Notes under the pieces: generated by a model
What the model saw: the letters and a program-made list of their open reading frames with translations, nothing else
What the model was told of the DNA's origin: nothing
Database searches by the model: none
Program-made: the position numbers and the translations under genes
Assembly (NCBI RefSeq): GCF_001465295.1
Contig: NZ_CP011034.1
Coordinates: 1,770,001 to 1,802,000 of the forward strand
Source of the DNA: Pseudoalteromonas translucida KMM 520
Lineage (GTDB): Bacteria; Pseudomonadota; Gammaproteobacteria; Enterobacterales; Alteromonadaceae
DNA length: 32,000 nucleotides
Direction: 5' to 3'
Shown here: positions 26,952 to 32,000 of the stretch, piece by piece
How the letters are laid out: the number at the start of each line of letters is the position of its first letter
Numbering within the stretch: position 1 is the first letter of the stretch

Positions 26952-26971
26952 CTTTGTGTCTGTCCTTTTAT
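26952..26971 (+). repeat. Dispersed motif copy CTTTGTGTCTGTCCTTTTAT
   Basis: Lies 66-85 nt upstream of the RAYT start. Differs from the consensus at 3 of 20 positions (1 within the core). Confidence 0.55.
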
Positions 26972-27308
26972 ATGATAAAAAGCTTATAACTGATCTTTTT
27001 ACAAATAGGTTAATAAATATTGCGCTTGTGAAGGGGTAAATTAATAAGTTTTTAAACCAATACCTTAGCTTTCATGCTAAGTAAACTTTATATCTATACC
27101 TGCTATTTTCATCTGCCGAATTTCTTATTATTCACTACTTTTTATAAACGATATCAGTAAGTAATTAACTCAAAAAATGTAAGCCGCTTTAGTTTATTAA
27201 CAAATTATGTTTTGATGAATTAAATTAAACCTTAGTTCCTTTGATTCTTTAAACCGCTTAATTCACAAGCAATTTAATATCACCTTATAAAAATAATAAG
27301 AGAAAACA

Positions 27309-28502
27309 ATGACAAAATTTAATAACAATAGCGTAGTAATATTAAGCGCAGTTCGCACCGCTATCGGTGGCTTTGGTGGCAGCCTTAAAAATTTCACTCC
27401 CGCTCAATTAGGTACTATGTGCGCCAAAGAAGCATTAGCCAGAGCCAACATTTCACCACAGCAAGTTGGCTCATGCGTGGTAGGTAAAGTGATACATAAC
27501 GGCCCTAAAGACGCGTATTTATCGCGAGTTATTGGCCTAGATGCAGGACTACCAATTAGCAGTCACGCGGTAACACTCAACCGTTTGTGTGGCTCGGGTT
27601 TAGAAGCCATTATACAAGCAGCGCAACAAATTCAATTAGGTGAAGTAGATGCAGCCTTAGCGGGCGGAGCTGAAAGCATGAGTAGCTCAGGCTATACCCT
27701 TGCGAGTAACCGCTGGGGCCAAAAAATGGGTGATAGCACAGTAATTGATGAGCTAACCACCACATTACAAGACCCATGGGATAACACCCCTATGGGCGTT
27801 ACCGCCGAAAACATTGCAGAAAAATATAGCATTAGCCGCAAGCAACAAGACGCTTACGCAGCACAAAGCCACAATAAAGCGGCTAAAGCCATTACCGCAG
27901 GCCATTTTAAACAGCAAATAATGCCCATCGAGATTAAATCGCGTAACGGTAATCAGGTTTTTGATACTGACGAGCATGTGCGCGCTGACACTACGGCCGA
28001 AAAACTCGCCACCTTAAAACCCTACTTTAAACAAAATGGTACAGTCACCGCAGCCACCTCATCTGGTATTAATGATGGCGCCGCCATGTTGGTGCTTATG
28101 TCGGAGCAAAAGGCCAATGAACAAGGCTTAAAACCACTCGGTCGCCTAGTCGGATATGCCAGAGCTGGCGTTGAGCCTTCATTAATGGGCACAGGGCCTA
28201 TTCCTGCTGTGCAACAGGTGTTTGAAAAAACCGGATTAACTATTAATGACATGGACGTAATAGAATCAAACGAAGCCTTTGCCGCACAAGCACTATGCGT
28301 AGCCAACCAGTTAAACTTTCCTGAGCATAAAGTTAACCCCAATGGCGGAGCTATAGCACTTGGCCACCCAGTGGGCGCAACCGGTGCCATTTTATCAACC
28401 AAATGCCTGTACGAACTAAAACGCATTAACGGTAAATATGGCTTAGTCACTATGTGTATTGGCGGCGGGCAAGGTATTGCAGCTATTTTTGAAGCACTTT
28501 AA
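27309..28502 (+). CDS. Acetyl-CoA C-acetyltransferase / thiolase II
   Basis: 397 aa. Acyl-Cys motif NRLCGSGLEA, plus NEAFAAQ, GHPVGATG and C-terminal CIGGGQG. Confidence 0.95.
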   Translation: MTKFNNNSVVILSAVRTAIGGFGGSLKNFTPAQLGTMCAKEALARANISPQQVGSCVVGKVIHNGPKDAYLSRVIGLDAGLPISSHAVTLNRLCGSGLEAIIQAAQQIQLGEVDAALAGGAESMSSSGYTLASNRWGQKMGDSTVIDELTTTLQDPWDNTPMGVTAENIAEKYSISRKQQDAYAAQSHNKAAKAITAGHFKQQIMPIEIKSRNGNQVFDTDEHVRADTTAEKLATLKPYFKQNGTVTAATSSGINDGAAMLVLMSEQKANEQGLKPLGRLVGYARAGVEPSLMGTGPIPAVQQVFEKTGLTINDMDVIESNEAFAAQALCVANQLNFPEHKVNPNGGAIALGHPVGATGAILSTKCLYELKRINGKYGLVTMCIGGGQGIAAIFEAL

Positions 28503-28566
28503 TTATAAAAATTTATAAGTGCTCTTTTTAAAAACAGGTAAGAGGCAAGATTCAACCTGTTGATTA

Positions 28567-28586
28567 TTTTATGCCTGTCCTTTTAT
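28567..28586 (+). repeat. Dispersed motif copy TTTTATGCCTGTCCTTTTAT
   Basis: Sits in the convergent spacer between the thiolase and AraC genes. This is the best match to the motif consensus. Confidence 0.65.
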
Positions 28587-28602
28587 TTTTTCTTGTGATG
28601 CT

Positions 28603-29457
28603 TTAATCCAAATCATTATTTGGACTGATGCCAAACAGTCGTTTATATTCTCGGCTAAACTGGCTAGGGCTTTCATACCCTACTTGCAGGGCAATGTATG
28701 ATATTTGCGCGTCATTGATTTTAATCAGCCGTCGCGCCTCCATTAATCGTAAGTTTTTTTGATACTGTAGCGGACTCAACTGAGTAATTTTCTTAAAGTG
28801 TTGGTGAAACCCTGACACACTCATACCGCAGCGGCTTGCCAAGTCTGCAATAACCAAAGGTTCATCTAGATGTGCTTTGAGCCAATCGACTGCTTGAGCA
28901 ATACGATGAATATGGCTGCCATTCGTTACCAGTTGGCGCAGCTTATCGCCTTGCTGTCCTGATAGTAAGCGATAATAAATTTCTTGCTGTATTAAAGGAG
29001 ATAGAAATTCAATGTCATTTGGATAATTAAGTAACTCTATCAATCGATCAAACGATGGCATGATAGTGTCATCTAATTGCCATTTTATTCCAAAATACCC
29101 CCCGTCTATTTGTTTTTTAGGTGGCATTTTAGCCAGAACGTCTCGAATCATTAGCAAATTTAATTTCATAGATAATACAACAACAGGATTGTCTAACGAA
29201 GCCTGTTTAATGTGTATATTCAATGGAGCGTCTACTGGACAAAACATCAGGTTAGTATTGTCAAACTTTACGCAATCTGTTCCTAAGTAAACCTCGCGCT
29301 CGCCTTGTAGAACGATACATATACTAGGCTCTAGGACGTAGCCGATTAATTTTTCTGGTCTGTCGGCACAATGAAAAACTAGGTCTGGAATAGCTGATTC
29401 GATGGTTTGGTTCTTGGGTATTAATCTAAGTAGTTGCTCAATGGTTTTTGTCTGCAT
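28603..29457 (-). CDS. AraC family transcriptional regulator
   Basis: 284 aa. Has an N-terminal AraC-type ligand-binding-like region and a C-terminal double HTH (..SVSGFHQHFKKITQLSPLQYQ.., ..SPSQFSREYKRLFGISP). Confidence 0.9.
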   Translation of the reverse strand: MQTKTIEQLLRLIPKNQTIESAIPDLVFHCADRPEKLIGYVLEPSICIVLQGEREVYLGTDCVKFDNTNLMFCPVDAPLNIHIKQASLDNPVVVLSMKLNLLMIRDVLAKMPPKKQIDGGYFGIKWQLDDTIMPSFDRLIELLNYPNDIEFLSPLIQQEIYYRLLSGQQGDKLRQLVTNGSHIHRIAQAVDWLKAHLDEPLVIADLASRCGMSVSGFHQHFKKITQLSPLQYQKNLRLMEARRLIKINDAQISYIALQVGYESPSQFSREYKRLFGISPNNDLD

Positions 29458-29639
29458 TATATGTTACTTATTTTTAGATCCTGCTTGATAATATAAATCT
29501 TTATAGTATTAGGCAACTCATTTGTAGGACTATTATAACGGATTATTAAGCTATCCCTTATAGTAACTACATCACAATATATCAAATCTATTTTTAATAG
29601 CATGTAGCAAAGCTAATAAATATAAATTTGAAACACAAG

Positions 29640-29924
29640 ATGAAAATATTCTACACAGGTCAGACAACCATAACAGGTTGTCGGTCTTGGCATACAAGTC
29701 TTGTCGATAATCCTTAACAGCTGTTTGTGATGGGTTATGCAGCGTATTTCGATAGCGCCCTGAACATGACAGCACAATACTTAAAATTACCAATTACAGC
29801 TTCAGAAACATCTGCTCAAGTCGGTCTTGTTATGAAAGCCTATAATAGCTATAGCTTATATATGGATCTGTCTATTGAGGTATAAGGTATAGATGATGTG
29901 CGCTTGCATGTTACAGTGGTCTAA
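29640..29924 (+). pseudogene. ohr: Decayed ohr (organic hydroperoxide resistance, OsmC/Ohr family) relic
   Basis: A single frame reads MKIFYTGQTTITG..DNP*QLFVMGYAAYFDSAL...DLSIEV*GIDDVRLHVTVV*. This matches the Ohr signatures YTxxxTATGG, NPEQLFAAGYAACFDSAL and NI(D/E)VxLxV. It carries two in-frame TAA stops (29715..29717, 29883..29885) and Tyr in place of the catalytic Cys. It spans only about 95 codons, against about 140 for intact Ohr. Confidence 0.6.
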
Positions 29925-29980
29925 ATAACAGTTGTATTTAGTGAGTCACGTAAAATGAATTTTTAATCCTAGGAGTATTT

Positions 29981-31360
29981 ATGAGCGAATATAAAGTAAC
30001 TAACCCAGCAACTGGCGAAGTTGAAGCCAGCTACCCTACTGCAAATGAACAAGATATCCAACAAGCCATCACAAAAGCTGATGATGCCTACCAAGACTGG
30101 CGTGACGTCTCTCTTAGCGAGCGCAGTGCACTTCTGCACAAAATTGCCGATATCTATATTGAGCGTCAAGATGAGCTGGCAAATATGATCGCTATAGAAA
30201 TGGGTAAACCTGTAGCCCAAGGTAAAGGAGAGCTCGCTCTAGTCGCTGAAATCTATCGCTACTATGCAGACAATGCAGAACAGCTATTAGCATCTAACCA
30301 AATCAATGTAGACGAAGGCTCAGCTTTTGTAGAGAAACTGCCAGTTGGCGCATTGTTCGGAATTATGCCGTGGAACTATCCGCATTATCAAGTAGCACGC
30401 TTTGCAGCACCTAACTTTATGGCCGGCAATACAATTATTTTAAAGCATGCCCCGCAGTGTCCTAAAACGGCAGAAGTGATTGTCGAAATTCTTAAAGATG
30501 CCGGTTTACCAGATGGCGTTTATAACAATGTCTTTGCTACCAATGATCAAGCTGCAACTATCATCGAAGACAGCAGAATACAAGGCATCTCATTAACAGG
30601 CTCTGAGCGCGCAGGACAAGCAGTTGCTAAAATAGCAGGCGGCGCCCTTAAAAAGGTCGTTTTAGAGCTTGGCGGTTCAGATGCCTTTATCGTTGCAGCA
30701 GATGCTGATATTGAGCAAGCAGTAGCAGATGCCATCACCGGCCGCTTTGGCAATACAGGACAAGCTTGTAACGCCGCTAAGCGCCTAATTGTCGTTGAAG
30801 CCGTTTATGATAAGTTTGTACAAGGCTTTGCCGATGCAGTTCGAGCGATGACGTTGTCTGATCCATTAGATCAAACAACCTTTATCGGACCGATGTCCTC
30901 AAAAAGCGCTGCCGTCAACCTACAAAAGCAGTTAGATGAAGCAATAAAAGCTGGTGCTACCGTTCTAATCGAAGGTGGCATTGTCAAAGACAAGCCCGGC
31001 GCTTGGTTTGCTCCAGCAGTACTTACCAATGTTGATAACACAATGGCTGTTTATAGCGAAGAACTATTTGGTCCTGTTGCTGTTATTTATAAAGCGCGTG
31101 ATGTCGCTGATGCAATCAAAATTGCCAACGATGTTCCATTTGGTCTTGGTGCGTCAATCCAGACTAAAGACTCAGAATTGGCAGCTGAGATTGCTGATCA
31201 GTTAGAAGTCGGCATGGTGACCATAAACGCGCCTTCTGGTACTGAAGCCAACACCCCATTTGGCGGTGTTAAGCGCTCAGGATTCGGTCGTGAGCTTGGT
31301 ACCCTTGGTATTACTGAATTCTTAAACTACAAATTGATTCGTAATAAAACCAGTGCATAG
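29981..31360 (+). CDS. NAD(P)-dependent aldehyde dehydrogenase (succinate-semialdehyde dehydrogenase-like)
   Basis: 459 aa. Catalytic Glu motif LELGGSDAF, catalytic Cys motif GQACNAAKR, and EELFGPV. AGGAG Shine-Dalgarno. Confidence 0.9.
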   Translation: MSEYKVTNPATGEVEASYPTANEQDIQQAITKADDAYQDWRDVSLSERSALLHKIADIYIERQDELANMIAIEMGKPVAQGKGELALVAEIYRYYADNAEQLLASNQINVDEGSAFVEKLPVGALFGIMPWNYPHYQVARFAAPNFMAGNTIILKHAPQCPKTAEVIVEILKDAGLPDGVYNNVFATNDQAATIIEDSRIQGISLTGSERAGQAVAKIAGGALKKVVLELGGSDAFIVAADADIEQAVADAITGRFGNTGQACNAAKRLIVVEAVYDKFVQGFADAVRAMTLSDPLDQTTFIGPMSSKSAAVNLQKQLDEAIKAGATVLIEGGIVKDKPGAWFAPAVLTNVDNTMAVYSEELFGPVAVIYKARDVADAIKIANDVPFGLGASIQTKDSELAAEIADQLEVGMVTINAPSGTEANTPFGGVKRSGFGRELGTLGITEFLNYKLIRNKTSA

Positions 31361-31380
31361 ATTTAACGTTTAATACTTAT

Positions 31381-31433
31381 CAATGAACAACAAAAGCCTA
31401 GCATGTCAACGCTAGGCTTTTTTTTGTTCATTG
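31381..31433 (+). terminator. Long-stem Rho-independent terminator downstream of the aldehyde dehydrogenase gene
   Basis: Core hairpin AAAAGCCTAGC-atgtcaac-GCTAGGCTTTT plus a T-run. Outer arms CAATGAACA / TGTTCATTG extend the hairpin. Confidence 0.85.
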
Positions 31434-31629
31434 ACCCCCTCTGAAATAATTTTACGAACAAGGAGCTTATGAATAAACTTATCAATCTAAGAGCAAACAC
31501 ATGACTTCCAAATAATCCCCTGCCCAAACTATAAATATTCTAGAGGTTAGGCTATCTGATATCAAATTCCACAAGCTTATTTTGAGTAAGGTCGTGCAGT
31601 ATTCGAAAATATTTAGGCACTGTTAATTA

Positions 31630-31674
31630 TTTTATGCCTATCTTTTTATGTGCCTTTTATGCCTGCCCCTTTAT
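31630..31674 (+). repeat. Two tandem copies (25-bp spacing) of the dispersed motif
   Basis: TTTTATGCCTATCTTTTTAT (31630..31649) and TTTTATGCCTGCCCCTTTAT (31655..31674), about 110 nt upstream of the response-regulator gene. Confidence 0.6.
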
Positions 31675-31780
31675 TTGTCCTTATATAAAACTAGATAATG
31701 CTCTATTAGCTACCTAATTACCCTTTCTAAGATTTTTTCCTAGCTATTACCATGTATAATAATTTTAAAGGGAGATATAA

Positions 31781-32000
31781 ATGCACATTGGTATCATAGA
31801 AGATCATCAACTAGTAAGAGATAGCTTTAAAAAGCTACTTGAATTACAGCCAGATTGGAAAGTAATAATAGAAGCTTGCAGCGTAAATGAAGCAAAGCTT
31901 GCGGTTGAACTAGAACAACCCGATATATTTATAGTGGATATATCGCTTAACGGTAAAGAAACTGGGCTTACTTTTTTATCTTACCTTAGTGAGTATTTTC
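31781..32000 (+). CDS. Response regulator receiver domain (NarL/FixJ-type), 3'-truncated by the window edge
   Basis: ATG preceded by AAAGGGAGA. MHIGIIEDHQLVRDSF...PDIFIVDISL is typical of receiver domains (acidic pair plus phospho-Asp). The ORF is open to the window end and absent from the track for that reason. Confidence 0.8.
   Translation, partial: MHIGIIEDHQLVRDSFKKLLELQPDWKVIIEACSVNEAKLAVELEQPDIFIVDISLNGKETGLTFLSYLSEYF

Larger units (their letters stand above)
25642..26971 (-). mobile_element. Candidate REPtron-like unit: the RAYT-like gene bracketed by inverted copies of the 20-bp motif
   Basis: Motif copies at 25642..25685 have the opposite orientation to the copy at 26952..26971. 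This arrangement resembles published RAYT/REP loci. Mobility is not demonstrated. Confidence 0.4.

Noticed and set aside
29572-30220. Minus-strand track ORFs 29572..29793 and 29969..30220.
   Set aside because: The first lies antisense to the ohr relic. The second lies antisense to the start of the aldehyde dehydrogenase gene. Neither has recognisable motifs.
31469-31504. 11-codon ORF MNKLINLRANT behind an AAGGAG motif.
   Set aside because: It is too short. The Shine-Dalgarno spacing is only 3 nt, and it lies just after a strong terminator. There is no supporting context.

Overview
This is an AT-rich gammaproteobacterial chromosomal segment. Gene content and codon usage look Alteromonadales/Pseudoalteromonas-like, but that is inference only. 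I support 27 intact CDS, two edge-truncated CDS and one decayed pseudogene. Most of it is housekeeping: miaE, malic enzyme, ggt, purEK, the ABC-F ATPase ybiT, a porin, msrA, a TonB-dependent receptor, a thiolase and an aldehyde dehydrogenase. These are interleaved with small accessory genes: a sulfotransferase plus MAPEG pair, DUF2254, SIMPL, rhombosortase, an S9 peptidase, a secreted EEP nuclease/phosphatase, GNAT, CPXCG, and TetR, AraC and response regulators. I saw no rRNA, tRNA or CRISPR array. I also saw no convincing multi-gene defence-like or otherwise novel protein system; nearly every sizeable ORF belongs to a recognisable family. The unexplained signals are mostly non-coding. (1) A single HUH/Y1 (RAYT-like) transposase gene is bracketed by inverted copies of a 20-bp motif (TTTTATGCCTGTCCyTTTAT), and the motif recurs at intergenic boundaries up to 31.7 kb. 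(2) A near-consensus LexA/SOS box sits in the tetR-msrA spacer with no recognisable SOS gene. (3) A relic ohr gene lies between the AraC regulator and the aldehyde dehydrogenase. (4) The ybiT homologue appears to start at ATT behind a perfect Shine-Dalgarno. (5) There are several statistically unusual palindromes. All family calls come from reading the translations and recalling conserved motifs; no searches were run.
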